The notes beneath the pieces are model-generated. The model searched no databases. It was not told the DNA's origin and saw only the letters and a program-made list of their open reading frames with translations. Made by a program: the position numbers and the translations under genes. Of a stretch of DNA of 64,000 bases, positions 11,544-24,838 are shown one piece after another. The stretch comes from Diadema antillarum. Taxonomy: Eukaryota. The DNA lies in the NCBI RefSeq assembly GCF_040938485.1, contig NW_027271069.1, positions 4,092,001 to 4,156,000 of the forward strand, given 5' to 3'. The stretch's first letter is position 1. Each line of letters opens with the position of its first letter.

Positions 11544-13760
11544 CCAAGTAACGCAATCAGCACCAATCCAGTAACTCCGTATTATTTTACATGAATGTCT
11601 CATTGACTTTTATCCTTCATTCGTGTAGGAAGTAAATCAAGAACTCATGTTGAGTTTTGGAGTATTTCCCCAGAAAATTATTCTACTTATAGTATTAAAA
11701 GTTTGCACAGATTCTCTGAAATTCTATTATAATGTTATCAGTAGAACTTTATATATAAAATGGGCTTGGCACGTTTTTGTTTTGTGACTGCTGTGACGGC
11801 TGGGTTGCAATATCTTGAAATTATTAATTATTGATTTCAGAAGCCTTTCATGGTGACATCTGTCTTAGCAACTGCAGCCAAACAATAAAATATAAAGTGT
11901 ATTTAGTGATATTCAATTCTAAACTTAATACTGCTCATTCTTCCAATTTTCTTCTCATATGATAAGCTCCTGACGGAGGAGAAACTTCTGGGACGGTTAA
12001 TCAACATCTCTCATTACAACAAACAAACAGACAGACAAACAGCAAGAAGAGGCAAAATCCTCAGCGTTATATCAACAGCTGGTGAGATTCCCTTTTATTT
12101 TACTTCCTGTAATGATATCATGTCTTCCACCAGGATTAATTTTTTTTAATGAACTTTAAAATGTTGCTAGAGTCATATTTTTGAGCTGTTAGTATACCAT
12201 GGATGAATGCAGCTGTCTGTGGGTGATCTTTTCTTTTCTGAATAATTCAATTCAAGAGACATGGAACCGCATCGAATTCATACGGTAATGTCAATAGTTA
12301 TTTGTTATTATTTACCTATCTATCTGAACTCCAGTATTCAATAAGAATATATAATATGTAAGCAATTGACCTCTATAATAATGCAATAAGCACGAATCCA
12401 GCAGCTCCTATAATCTTACAGTCACACATTTCTCGTTGGCTTTTATAATTCGTTTGCGTAGGAAGTTAGGCAAGAACTTGAGTTAAGCCTTGATGTACTT
12501 AAGATTAACACGTTCAAAATTCTAATTATAGCATTGATATTACAAGTTTACCAATATTTTATTCTAATCACATTGGTAGAACTTTATACTTAAAATGGGC
12601 ATCGCATTTAATTGTTTTTCTGCTGATGTCGGTAGTGTATATACAAGTCTGTTGAATAATTCAGAAGTAGCATCTCAAAGAAACAATTCATGGACAAATG
12701 CCGACACCACAGATACAGAAAGAAATACTTAGACAATGATGCACATGATACATGGCACATGTACTTCATATACTTCATGATTGTGGTACTTGTGTAAACA
12801 TGTACTTCTGCTGAACTGAATGTTAAAACGTGACATACTTGCATATTTTTGTAGTCTAAAGAGGTTAACTTGCAAGCAAGTCATTATCATCACTTGCAAT
12901 ATCTAGAAATTACTGAATCTTAGACACCCTTTAACGTGGCATTTGTTTAAACGACTACTTTCAAACATGACAAAGTGTATTTAGAAATATTCAATTCCAA
13001 AATTTAATGATGGCCAATTCTTTCACATTTCTTCTCCAATACAATGTAGCTCCTTGCAGAGAATGAGGAAGGCAATGTTTTGGGCAGTGTGATCAATGTC
13101 TGCCACCATAACAGTAGGATTTATCATTATCAATATAATTATTGCTATTATTATTGTTATCATTATTATTGTTGTAATTATTACTATTATCATCATGATC
13201 ACTATCATTATTATCAAAAACTGTTAGAAACACATTTTGAGGATGTTAATATGTGAATCCAAGCGTCCGTCTTTGGGTGAACTCACGAAACCTGAAATTG
13301 TATTAGATTTATATCTTAATTTCATATTATAATTATTCTATTGCCTATAGCTGAACTGTTATTCAAGTAAAATAAATTGTAATTGACGTATTGACGCAAT
13401 AAGCACAAAGTCAGTAGCTGCGTTTATTTTTACAGGAATGTCTCACAGATTTTCACAATTCATTTGTCTAGGAAACTAGGCAAGAATGAAGGTTAGGCTT
13501 TCGACCATTTAAATTGCCCTGATGATTAACACGTTGAATTCTAAGTGCAGTATTAGATGTTTGCTTAATCTTTTGATACTTTATTGTAAAGTAATGAGTA
13601 CAACTATATACTCAATTGCTCAAAATGTTATGGCATGTTCTGTTTTTCATACTCATGCCGCTAGTATACAAGTCAATGAAGTTCATCAAATGAGTCACCA
13701 AGAAACAGTTCATGAACAGATGCCGCCATCAGCGGTACAGACACAAATACTTTGACTTAG
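11495..13760 (+). pseudogene. Three diverged ~0.9-1 kb repeat units with leucine-rich-repeat-like remnants
   Basis: Shared anchors gcaat(a/c)agcac at ~11553, 12383 and 13396. Remnant translations IDLYNNAISTNP, AFDHLNCL, LLNLLILY and LQYLEI fit LxxLxLxxNxIxxxP, but there are many stops. Confidence 0.4.
13120..13215. repeat. (ATT/ATC)n microsatellite
   Basis: Direct reading. Confidence 0.9.
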
Positions 13761-14819
13761 ATGGAACTAATTTCAATTGGTAAAGCTTTGACCTTCTATC
13801 AGCTGGTAAATTGTTTTTACTTGATTCTTTAAAACCTTTTAAAAATATTTTGGAAATTTTAACAAATATTTATCACAGATAAAATGTATGGAGGCAGAAA
13901 TTACACAACTTTAAAACGAAACTACCCGGAACGAAGGGATTTGCTTTTGAGGTTGTGAAATGTAGCAGAACACAGCGTCAAATAAACATAGGAGAGGCAG
14001 AGTTTAGTACTATGAACCTTTCTATAACACATTCAAACCGAATGTTCTCTGAATTTCTTCACCTATAGGACATGAAAGAAGAAGAAAAGTGCAGAAGAGC
14101 TGATGAAGGTTGCAGGCCCCCATCCGGGTCTTCACTTGTCTGGTGCCGTGCTCCTCCAAATCCTGCATCACTTCCAACTGGAACAAAGCAAAAAAAGGCT
14201 GTAAGGGTAAGCATTTGCGTGGGCATCGCTATATCTTTGCCCTTTTTCTTCGGTGCCTGATTTACTTTTCCTATCAAATGGTTGTATGTAAGATATGTCG
14301 AATCACATTTTCTCTCATGGATTATTGCTGAACTTTTCTTCTTTTATTTGAATAACAGGCTTATTTTAGGACACCAAGGCTTACCTTTTCAGAGGCAAGG
14401 CATCTCCCCAGCTCGCTTCGAAGCAGGTCCAGACTGTCCACAAGTCGACAGCTTCAGGATCGTCCGAAACGACACGAACTTCCTCTATCACTGTCAAGCT
14501 TTTTAACCCTTTAAACAGTCAGAGTCTCTGGAAGATAGCAAATGTCCTCATTCATCCGACAGACTGGCCGACAACAGTCCTCAGCTAACTCCTCGTGCAG
14601 CCCCTCACTCCTTGGATTTATCCCCGCCTGCTCAAAACGTCTTTGCACTAAGCCATGATCCAGGACGGTCTGATTCCGTGGGACTCGTCACGAAGAAGAC
14701 GACAGATACGCGCACCATGCCCTCACTAGTACTCCAGTAGCCCTTTAAATCATCATCCTTCTGACAAGCGCTACATTTGATTATCAAAATCGAGTCTTCC
14801 AGAAAGGACTTCCAGAAAG

Positions 14820-15480
14820 AAGACGACATCGGCAAGGCTCTAAATGGATTGGGGAATTTCTCCCAGGATTTCTGGCTGATTCCAAATCTCCGCCGATAAG
14901 CTTTCCATGGGTATGGAGTTTTGTTGAGTAATGTCATAATTGGAAATGCACATACCATTGCCGATAAATTCGATGGAAAAGGACTCAGACTAACCATGGA
15001 ACTACTAGGTCCATGGACTAACAAATGATGACTGGTATGACATCATTGTCAACGCCGCAAGTTGGCTAAAAGTTTCAGCTATAATAAACGACATTGGCAC
15101 TCTTAGCGACTTAGAAGAGGACAACGTTCTGTTGGTCTTGAAGGATGATTGACATGGTGGGAAGTTGATTGACTTTGGAATGTAATCATTTAGGCCTAGA
15201 AGGTTGAACATGAACGAGGAGGCCGCCATTGCTAATGAGCAAGGTGTGAAGTGCAGCCACTACGCACCAGAGTGTGCATTGGAAAATCAGCCGACCTCAC
15301 AGTCCAGCGACCTGTTCTATAGCTGGGCATACTGATCGTCTTCGCCAGGCAAGAAATCAATATCTTACTCGATGAAGAAGACCGGAGTAGAAGATAAGTC
15401 CTGCTCCAGCGACATCAACAAAAGACCGTCTCTATACAGTCCTATCTTGATGAACTTCGTCTTCAGAGGGCTGCAGTGAC
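14820..15480 (+). pseudogene. Intronless Ser/Thr protein kinase pseudogene
   Basis: Kinase motifs in order: IGKA (Gly-loop-like), LTMELLGP (hinge, 14990), SDLEEDNVLL (catalytic loop, 15105), KLIDFG (15162), HYAPE, SDL..SLG and D.NKRPS. In-frame stops at 15026, 15150 and 15183, and at least 2 frameshifts. Confidence 0.8.
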
Positions 15481-15886
15481 AGCTGTGTATAAAATAGATA
15501 ATACTTATATCAAAGGTAAGTTTAGATATCAGCAAACATATATGGTCACAAATGTCAATCACCAAGAAATACGTAAGTTTGCACTTTTGTGGCTGACAAC
15601 CACTCCGAAATATCTTTGATTTGAATGTGGCATAAAATAAACTGTATCTGTTATTCGTATTCCTCTTTCATAATGTTCATATTAAGATAAATATCAAGCC
15701 TATAAAATAGGGTGGGTGGGTGTTACTTAAATCTTGCTCACTTTTTTTTTTTTAGATATTGTTTTTAAGTTATAGTAAATGTTTGTTTTTTGTTTTTCGC
15801 ATTCGATGTTTTCTATTGCATTTATAATTTACTCTATTCCTGGACCCCTCGGTAGAACAGCTGTGTCGTGTAGGCACAGCTGAGTA

Positions 15887-17311
15887 GGGCAATCCAGCCG
15901 TATTTTAAAAATCATTCTGTTGACTGTACGATTACTGTTTTGTTGTTGTTTTTATACGGCAAATGAATAAAAGAAAAAACAAAACAAACCATTTAATGTC
16001 TTTAAAAACACAAGTGGCTCTACATCAATAAATATCTGCAAACAATGACTACTTGAGTTATCAAAGATTATATCAAGCATGTGGAAATGATTCAGTAGGT
16101 CTACATTGAAGCCAATTGCATACTGCCAAAAAACAATGAAGTTATGCAGTTTTAAACAAAGGACAAGGCACTGGTAACTTGTCAGAGAAGAACACAGATA
16201 AAACATCCAAGTGTCAAAGGGGATGGCTAGTAACCGATCAGTGCATGGGAATCAATGGGAATGCTGGGGGATGATTGTTCCAATCTTTGTGGGATTTATT
16301 TAAGAGTACATTATATATCTATTGTTGTGTGAAAATTATTTGCTTCAGAATGGTCTCATATTCAAGTAATGTGCAGTTCAATGTTCTCAGGTTCGCATGC
16401 CTGTCGTTAACGGCCCGTTAACGATCACCAGTAGTCATATGTGCCAAATCTCATATCAAATGCTGAAAAAAAAAACCTGAGGGTGTTTAGGGCAATCCAC
16501 AATATTCTGGTGTAATCTTTATCTCAAAAGCTACCATGGCAACACACTGTTTGACGATGATAAAGGATGAAGTTTTCACAACTTCACATCATACTGGTCA
16601 CAAAGTATATGCCGAATTTCCAGTCAAATGTTCACAAAATGAGTGGGTTAGCTAAATCCAATATGTTTATAATTTTCATATAAAATATAGTTTTATCATG
16701 ACAACAAATTGTTCAACAGTGACGAAAGATAGAGTTTGCACATCTACATACATGTGCAAAATTTCAAGCCAAATGCTAAAAAATGAGGAAATTAGATAAG
16801 TCAAAAATATTTTTGTATGCTTTATACTGAAAAAAAATGTTAAAATCGCAACACTTTGTTTAGCATTGCTGAAAGATATGATTTGCACATGTGAAAATTC
16901 ATTTTGGTCAGATGTGCCAAACATCCCAGTAGAATGCTCAAAAACTGAAGGAGTATGCTTAATCAACTAGCAATTTGCATGATTTTCATCGAAAATTGCT
17001 GTTACCATGGCAACGCATTGCCTGACAATGACCATGATGACAAAATCTGAAGTTTGCACATCTATACATGCTACAGCGATCTCATGGGGTAAATTTCACT
17101 TATTTCAAGTTCTGTTAAAAACAAAAAGAAACTGAAGGCATAAATTCTAGTACTTTTCTATTGTTTTCATTGAAAAATTCTGTTACCATCACAATACATT
17201 CTTCAACAAAGAAAAAAGTGAAAAAGATGAAGTTTGCACATTTAGGTACTATAGCGGTCACATGTGCAAAATTTCAAGTCAAATGTCAGAAAATAATTGA
17301 TTGTATTGCCC
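15887..17311. mobile_element. Degenerate non-autonomous element with internal ~250-bp diverged repeats
   Basis: Ends gggcaatcc (15887, also 16490) / attgccc (17311). Repeated ccatggcaac..aagtttgcacat..catgtgcaaaatttcaag units. No TSD found. Confidence 0.45.
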
Positions 17312-17700
17312 TCATCTTCGACTCGAAATCGAATTCTAGTTCAGACAATGCCTTAATGTTGTATATCCCCCTCAAGGCTGTTCCATATTATACAATCATT
17401 CTTGTCAAATCTTATCCACACGTAGCCTAACACTACCAAAAACAAACAAACAAACAAACGAACAAACAAACAAACAAACAAACTTAGTTTTAGATCGTAT
17501 CTTGCCGAGACGCTTGTTGATAATTAGGCTATTATAGAAAGTAAGTATTACTCCCTAAAGTTGCAAATGATACACCTTATTCCATGATTAATAGGAGTTG
17601 AATTGATTGTCGGTAGACGTTTGAAATCTCTGTTGACTTTAAACATACACTTTGGGTGAGTTAATGATAATGGAGCTCCAATGAATTCTCACGAGCGAGA

Positions 17701-17710
17701 GTGACGTCAC
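17701..17710. promoter_or_regulatory. Palindromic CRE upstream of the GPCR
   Basis: GTGACGTCAC ~330 bp upstream of the GPCR ATG. Confidence 0.4.
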
Positions 17711-18033
17711 AAATGCAAAGTGACGGACGAGTAAGTGGAAATTGACTAGGTTGCTATGATAGCAGAGGCAAATTTACGGTACAATGTATGGCAGCGGCTC
17801 ACGCTGTTATCAATTATTTGTTTTTTATTTGACCTGCTATTATCTCATTACAACCACGGTATACTGCATCCAAATATTAAAGTGATATAGCAAGTGGGTG
17901 TCAAACCCGTCAACACGTTCATACAACCGTGGTTTACATCACTGTTATTTAGGGCTAGCAAAATTTCACAGAGAGGAGCTAAAGCGTTTTGCTCTGTTAT
18001 TCTTTTCTGATTGCTGAGAACATAATTAAAGCC

Positions 18034-19922
18034 ATGGCGTTTCCTCCAGCAATATCCTTTGCAGAGAGTTGGTCTGAATTGGAATATGACAACAATAGTT
18101 CTTTGGAGAATTCCTCCTGCGACCCGTTGGGATTTAACCAAAAACGCCTCTTCACATCTCTACAGATCACCGTTGTTCTCGTTGCTTTCCTCGGGACGGG
18201 CGCAACGCTGCTGTTGATACTCTGCCATAAAAACCTCCGCAAACAGCACAACATATTCGCCTTCAACATAGTCCTCGCCGATTTCGTGTCGTCTCTGTGC
18301 TGGCTCAGTCTTCTCCTGATCCGTGTGACGATATGGAAGGTAACTATGATCGTAGCATCCTAGATTTTTCCTTTGTCAACTAAGCACTCCCCTCATCACT
18401 ATCTATCAAAACTTTAAAAAACGAGAAAATCAGTGAACATTTTATACAGATCATGTTGAAATGAGAACCAAGTACTAGTATCTCCAAATTGCACATATCA
18501 CTGACGTATCCGTAATTTTGCTTTAAAGAAAATTTTTTGATGAATTGTTGATAAAATGTGAAAATTTCTCCCAAAGTATATTGAAGACTTACTAATTTAT
18601 TTTATCTAACTATGAATTGGGCATTTTCCTGACAAAAATAACGTATTCATTATCAAGACTTTGCATACACACGTGTACGAGACGAACCCCTACATCCCTA
18701 ACATGACAATACATATCCTTTTGTTTTCTGTTTTTCGCCAAAATGTCTTTGCCAAAAGATCGAATTTTTCTGACTTTCATGGTACAGATGTTTCTTGAGG
18801 ACAGCACTTTCATTTACCACCAACTTGCATTAGATGATAAAAAAAAAAAAACTGGTATCGAAATGAAACATCTGCTGTAAAACTAGAGTCAACTGAACTC
18901 TAAACCGCTTTAATAAAGAGGTGGGATGGAATTTTGTAAATTCCCGGGATGTGTTGATGTATAATATGTCCAATCTTTCTTCATGATATCCGTCCATGTT
19001 TAAAGTATAAATTACGTAATGACTGAGTCATATTTATCTCATTGGTTAGTGACTGTAAATGTAAAAATAAATGATTTCCAGTACAGTGTACGACCAAATA
19101 CATTTCGTTCGATGTAATTTTACGAGCAGTGTTCAGTTTCAGTAAGTGTTTTTTTTTTCAAGTTTTATTTTTATTCAGCAACTTCAAAAACATTCAACGT
19201 TACGTTAGCTGTAGTATGATAGATATTGGCTGCACACTGTGTAATTGGATAGTATTATTTCATTAACAATTCCTTACGCAATCGTCACATCGTTTTAATT
19301 CATACAGGCTCACTTACACGTGATCAACATGTTGCTTGCATTTGCTTCGATGGGCGTTGTGGTATCAATCATCAGCATTCTGTACGTTGCCATCTATCGA
19401 TACATTACGGTACAGATCGACCCGTTCGGTTCCCGCGGTATCGTCACCACACGCAGATGTATTGCCGCGTGTGTCTTTGCCTGGATCTGTGCGTCCTTTG
19501 CCTATCTCGTAGCGTGGATTGCAACTCGCCAAAATCCCGGCGTGTACTACTCCTTTGGCTTCACCACGCCTTGTATTCTTCTTGCTGCCATCTGTTATGT
19601 ACTCATTTATGTGGGGATCTCAAGAATGTCTGCCTCCAATATGGTCATGAAAGACAGAATACAAGAGAACAAACGCCTAATGTGCACATTTTCTCTTGTC
19701 CTTTTTACTACAATGATTTGCCACATCATGCCAATTTACTCCGCGTTTGGCACATACACATATTGCAATTATTTTGGAGTGATTTACTCGAGTAATTTCA
19801 GTTACTTTTTCAGTCCACTACTCAATCTTTCAATCTATTGGTGGCGTTTGAAAGAGTTTCGGAACATGATTACGGTGTGCCGAAGGCGGAACAGAATTTC
19901 AGACTTAAGTTATACTTTATAA
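18034..19922 (+). CDS. Class A (rhodopsin-like) orphan GPCR, 2 exons, 306 aa
   Basis: Exon 1 18034-18339 (AAG|GTAACT) and exon 2 19308-19922 (TACAG|GCT) join in phase 0. Seven hydrophobic segments with LADF in TM2, YRY at the DRY position, SPLLNLSIY in TM7 and EFR in helix 8. Confidence 0.9.
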
Positions 19923-20379
19923 ACCAACTTTTTAGTGTCATTGTGAAATAAGACTGTTGAGCAAAATGAATTTGTCACGGAATTATGTTAGCGTGTGAGA
20001 AACATGGTAGAATAATCACGGAACGTTTTGTGCAAATTGCAACCATTTAAAGGAATGTCGGGGAAAATCATTGTGGCTAAGAAGACCTAAAGACATCATT
20101 ATGACACTGTGCTTGTAACTAAGTGTTCTTGCTACTCTGATGTCACAGATTATGTCATTAGGGAGCTTTAGATTTTCGCGACGGGGACGTTCTCAGAGAG
20201 AGAGAGAAAAAAAAACATTCTGGGCATGCGCAAAATCGCTTATCAAACTCGATCTATTCATAGCTCACGTCGTTTGAGTTTTCACTACGCGCTCTGGGCT
20301 ATTTTTACGTCTGCACACAAAAGACATTGTCAATTTGTCTGCGTCATCATCACATTTTGTTCTTATCTTCTTTTTTGAA

Positions 20380-20750
20380 TAAATTTTGGCGAGCGAGCGC
20401 AGTGAGCGATCCGAAATTTTTTGTATTTCAGCTTACAAAACATGGAATTCTTGTGTGAACACAATAAACATTGTCATTTTGTCCACGTCATCATCATGTT
20501 TTGTTTTTAACCTTGTTTGATTTGGTTTTATGCCCCCCCCCCCCCCCCTCCCCCTTCTCCCTCTTCCCGTCCGGGCAAGTTTTTTTTTTTTTTCTTCTTC
20601 TTCTTCTTCTTCTTCGTATATTTTCTTAGTTTTTTCCTTCTTCGTTCCCCCTCCCCCCCCCCCCGTTTTTTCGTTTTTGGCGCCCCCAAGGAGTGGCGCC
20701 CGGGGCACGTGCCCCCCTTCCCCCCCCCCCCCCCCCCGATACGCCACTGT
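20380..20750. repeat. GC-rich MITE remnant with poly-C/poly-T tracts
   Basis: gcgagcgagcgcagtgagcga at the start and ggggcacgtgcccc..gatacgccactg at the end. The low complexity explains the spurious Pro/Gly ORFs. Confidence 0.55.
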
Positions 20751-20832
20751 AAAACTCCTTATTATTTCGGAAGACGCGCCTTTTCCACGACTTGGGTTAA
20801 GATCACATGATACGTGTATCACGTCAGACCAG

Positions 20833-21000
20833 GGCCCTGTTTCATAAAACTGTTCGTAAAGTTACGAACAACTTACGAGCGACTGGTGATCAGTTCTGAT
20901 GTGCTATACTAATAAGAATTTCCATAATTTAGCTCAAGAACTAATCACCAGTCGCTCGTAAGTTGTTCGTAACTTTATGAACAGCTTTATGAAACACCCC
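20833..21000. mobile_element. Palindromic hairpin MITE
   Basis: ~60-bp arms tgtttcataaaactgttcgtaaagttacgaacaacttacgagcgactggtgat and its near-perfect reverse complement. Apparent CAG flanks. Confidence 0.8.
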
Positions 21001-21569
21001 CAGGAACTGCTGTGGAGCTGTTTTGGCCCAATGGACAGAATTATTAATCACAGTGTTATTTTTTGTTCCACTGACTGATGAGTTAAAGCTTTGCTTTTAG
21101 TCATTTTGAGTCAATAATAGCGTAATATACAAAATGTAGTTGAACATATGTTTAATTCCCTAGAAATCTATTTTTAAAAGTTCTATAAACGTGACTCTGT
21201 TTTTTGTTTGTTTGTTTGTTTGTTTGTTTGTTTTTACAAAAAAAAAACCTACCGTGTAAGCCGGGTATCCCCCTCCCACACGTACCCTCGCCAAGGATCT
21301 CACACCGTCATATAGGACCTAATAACTGTGCCCTCAAGTTATAATCATAGTCCTTCGCTATGTTTTTTTTTTACTATTTTTAGTTCCATAGAAGTTTGTT
21401 TTTACATGCTCTATAAAAGCGACTTTCATACTCTGTTTTTTTTTTTTTCAACAGTTCCTACCGTGGGAGGAGGTATCCCTCCCCCTCCGAAACCCTCCCC
21501 CCCCCCCCATCGGTCACTTCGCTCCCTCGCCGAAAATCTCACATCGTCACATTAATGTGCCCACGTCGA

Positions 21570-21710
21570 NNNNNNNNNNNNNNNNNNNNNNNNNNNNNNN
21601 NNNNNNNNNNNNNNNNNNNNNNNNNNNNNNNNNNNNNNNNNNNNNNNNNNNNNNNNNNNNNNNNNNNNNNNNNNNNNNNNNNNNNNNNNNNNNNNNNNNN
21701 NNNNNNNNNN
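21570..21710. other. Assembly gap (141 N)
   Basis: Run of N. Confidence 1.
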
Positions 21711-21949
21711 TTTGCCTATTATATACTGTTCCGTACGTTTATCTATTGTCATCTGTGTATTTATCTATTTGTCAAACGAACGAATTTTCACTAAACTTGC
21801 AGGCCAGGCTCCTATGTTCAAGATGTAAGATAGAAAGAATTAGATTTCAGGGACATGAAGTCAAGGGTCATAAGGGCGTAAAGGATATTCAGTTAGGATT
21901 GATCTCCTAGTAGCTGTATAACTCATAGGCTGTAAGACTCGTGAGCTCT

Positions 21950-24216
21950 ATAATAATAATAATAATAATTGCATTTATATGGCGCTTCATACTGACGTTT
22001 CTAAGCGCACTTTGCTACTCATACAAATAGACCAGAAAACACAATAACATTAACAAAATTAACGTTAACAGTAACAAAAGAAGAAGAAAGAAAAGAAAAG
22101 AAAAGAAAAATACATGTGATACAATGGTACAATAATTGATAACTGTGTGCGCCTCCAGAAAAAAAAAATATATATATATATATTACAGCTGATTAAACAG
22201 GTGAGTTTTAAGAAGAATTTTAAATGATTCGACAGATGAGGCATTCTGAATATACAGAGGGAGTTTATTCCAAAGAGTGGGAGCAATGGAAGAGAAAGCT
22301 CGTTCACCATAACGGGTTTTTGTACGTGGGCCATGAAGTAATTGGAGAGAGGAAGATGAACGGAGGGGTCTGGCAGAAGAGGAGGAGCGGAGAGAGACTA
22401 GGTCTTGAAGATATATGGGTGCAAGATTACGTGTGATTTTGTACGTCAGAAGTAGGATCTTGAAAGTAATACGGGAATGTACTGGAAGCCAATGGAGTGA
22501 GCGGAGAACAGGAGATATATGGTCATGTCTCCTACTAAGGGAGACTAATCTAGCGGCTGAATTTTGGATACGTTGGAGAGGGGATATGTGAGAAAGAGGG
22601 AGGCCGGCAAGGAGGGAGTTGCAGTAGTCCAGATAGGAGGAGACGAAGGCATGGACGAGTCGCTCAGCTGATGATTGATCAAGCAGACGCCTGATCTTCC
22701 CTATTTTGAAAATACCCCATGATGCAGACTTACAAATGTTTGTGATATGGTGTTTAAGAGTTAAGTGTTTGTCCAAAGTAAAGCCAAGGTCTCTAACACA
22801 GTCAGAGACCTTAATAATCCCATCCCGAGTAGTTAGATCTGGTAGAGGAACTGTGCTCCTAAACTGTGAAGAGAAATGGATGAGTTCAGACTTGTCTTCG
22901 TTCAGACGGAGTCTGTTGGCAGTGGACCAGGTTTTGATGTCGTTGAGACATTCTCTCAGTGAATTAACAGCAGCAATCCTATCGCCAGGTGACATAGTTA
23001 TGTAAATTTGAGTGTCGTCAGCATACATAGCGTAGTTGACTCCATGATGACAATTGATGATTCTGGTGAGTGGACCTGTATAGAGGAGAAAAAGAAGGGG
23101 GCCGGCAACGGATCCTTGCGGAACTCCGCAGCTGATAGGACTAGGACGTGACCAGGTCCCATTGATTATCACCCTCTGTGTGCGATCTTGAAGATATGAC
23201 TTGATCCATTGGATGGCAGTGCCTGTGATGGAATAGTCATTACTAAGTCGTTGTAGTAGCAACGTGTGGTCGAGCGTGTCAAACGCAGCCGAATAGTCAA
23301 GAAGAAGAAGAGCAGCCTCATTGCCCTTGTCGACAGCAAGAAGGAGATCGTTGAGCACTTTCAACAAGGCAGTTTCTGTTGAGTGGAGGTTGCGGTATGC
23401 TGACTGGTTTGTAGGAAGCAGATGATTACTGTCAACATAAGACATTAACTGTGTAGACACAATCCTTTCAAGAAGCTTACTCACAAATGGCAGATTGGCA
23501 ATTGGTCGGTAATTGCTCAGGACATCGGGATCTAGGTTCGGTTTCTTCAACAGAGGGGAAACAAGAGATGTCTTGAAAGGTATTGGAACTATACCCGATG
23601 ACAATGATGTGTTAATGATATTTTTTAGAACCGGAAGCAGCTCATCAAGGCACTCTTTGAGCAGCCAAGTTGGAAGAGGGTCCAGACTGCAAGATTTTGG
23701 TGGAGATAGCATGATGAGACGTCGAAGCTGTTCATCAGTGACTGGATTAAACTCGCTCAGGTTGCAGTTCAAAGAGTTCTCAGGAGCCTGGACGGATAAC
23801 TCCAAATGGTTCACGTCAAATACAAAGGAAGACACAATATCATCGATTTTCTTCATGAAGAATATACTGAACCTGTGCGCCAGTTCTGAGTCAGATGAGT
23901 GTTCAGGATAAATAGCAGAGTCAGAAGGGGTGGACAGTTTCTTCACGAAGTTGAATAGTCGTTTCGAGTCAGCATTGGCGATCTCTTTTCTCAGGTACTG
24001 GGACTTTGCATCAGTAATCAGACTGTAGTACAGCTCACATTCTTGACGATACAGGTCCATGTCAGTCTGCATGCCGGACTTCAACATGCGACGTTCAGCA
24101 CGACGCCGACGACTCCTGGCCTCCCTAACCTCATCAGAGAACCAAGGGGCATTGGGTCTAATTGTCACAGTCACGGTTTTAACAGGGGCATGCTTGTCCA
24201 ACAGATTACTCAGCAT
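21950..24216 (-). mobile_element. 5'-truncated L2-clade LINE with uninterrupted RT frame (677 aa)
   Basis: NYRPIANL, LDYSAAFD, QGSVAGPLLF, YADD, DYCNSLLAG and LHWLPV. The 3' UTR ends in an L2-type stem (gcgcttagaa..aagcgc) and an (ATT)n tail at 21950-21969. No endonuclease domain. Confidence 0.92.
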
Positions 24217-24838
24217 GACTCATTACTCTATGACTCGTGGGCTGCACGACTCGTGGGTGTCGGTCTCGTGACGTGCACCCTTTAATCGAGCACAAATTCT
24301 GATTTCTCTGTCACACTTCCGGTTTATATAGAAGTCATACCTACGTGTATTTAGGTGATGACATCACAAAAGGTGCCATCAAACCTTGAACCCCCTCCCC
24401 CACCCCCACCCCCCCCCCCACACACACACACACAAATCACAATCCCTTCCTATTCCTTCTGGTTGTTTTGATGGAGTGCCGGTACTCCAGTTATGATGTC
24501 CCAGAGCCCTTTTGAAGGGCTCTGTGAGGTCCCGAGTAATCGCGCCATCTATTGGTCGATGATATGAGAAATTTCTGGTGGGAAACAAAATAATCGATGG
24601 ACACGTAGGCCTAGGCCTATAGTTATACTGAATTCTGCACGTGATCTGCTCGTACGTTCTTAATGATTTTAGATGAAACTGCTGCCAAACTGTTGCATAA
24701 AATTCAAATTGATTAGGATTGTAATCAAATTATAAACGTCCTATGTGAAGGTGGCAATTTATAATCACTGTTATTCTATCTCATGTCACAATCCCATCCT
24801 CTTCTAGATCCCTAACTTGAGTCTAAAACTTTTCTTAA

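Noticed and set aside
14059-14331. Cys-rich or hydrophobic short ORFs upstream of the kinase relic
   Set aside because: No recognisable domain spacing or consistent splice signals.
14632-15229. Minus-strand ORFs of 130 and 74 aa
   Set aside because: Antisense to the plus-strand kinase pseudogene, with no motifs of their own.
20433-20847. Pro/Gly/Phe-rich ORFs on both strands
   Set aside because: Products of poly-C, poly-T and (TTC)n tracts within a repeat.
21552-21910. ORFs containing X runs
   Set aside because: They span the assembly gap.
22224-24285. Plus-strand ORFs over the LINE
   Set aside because: Antisense shadows of the RT frame.
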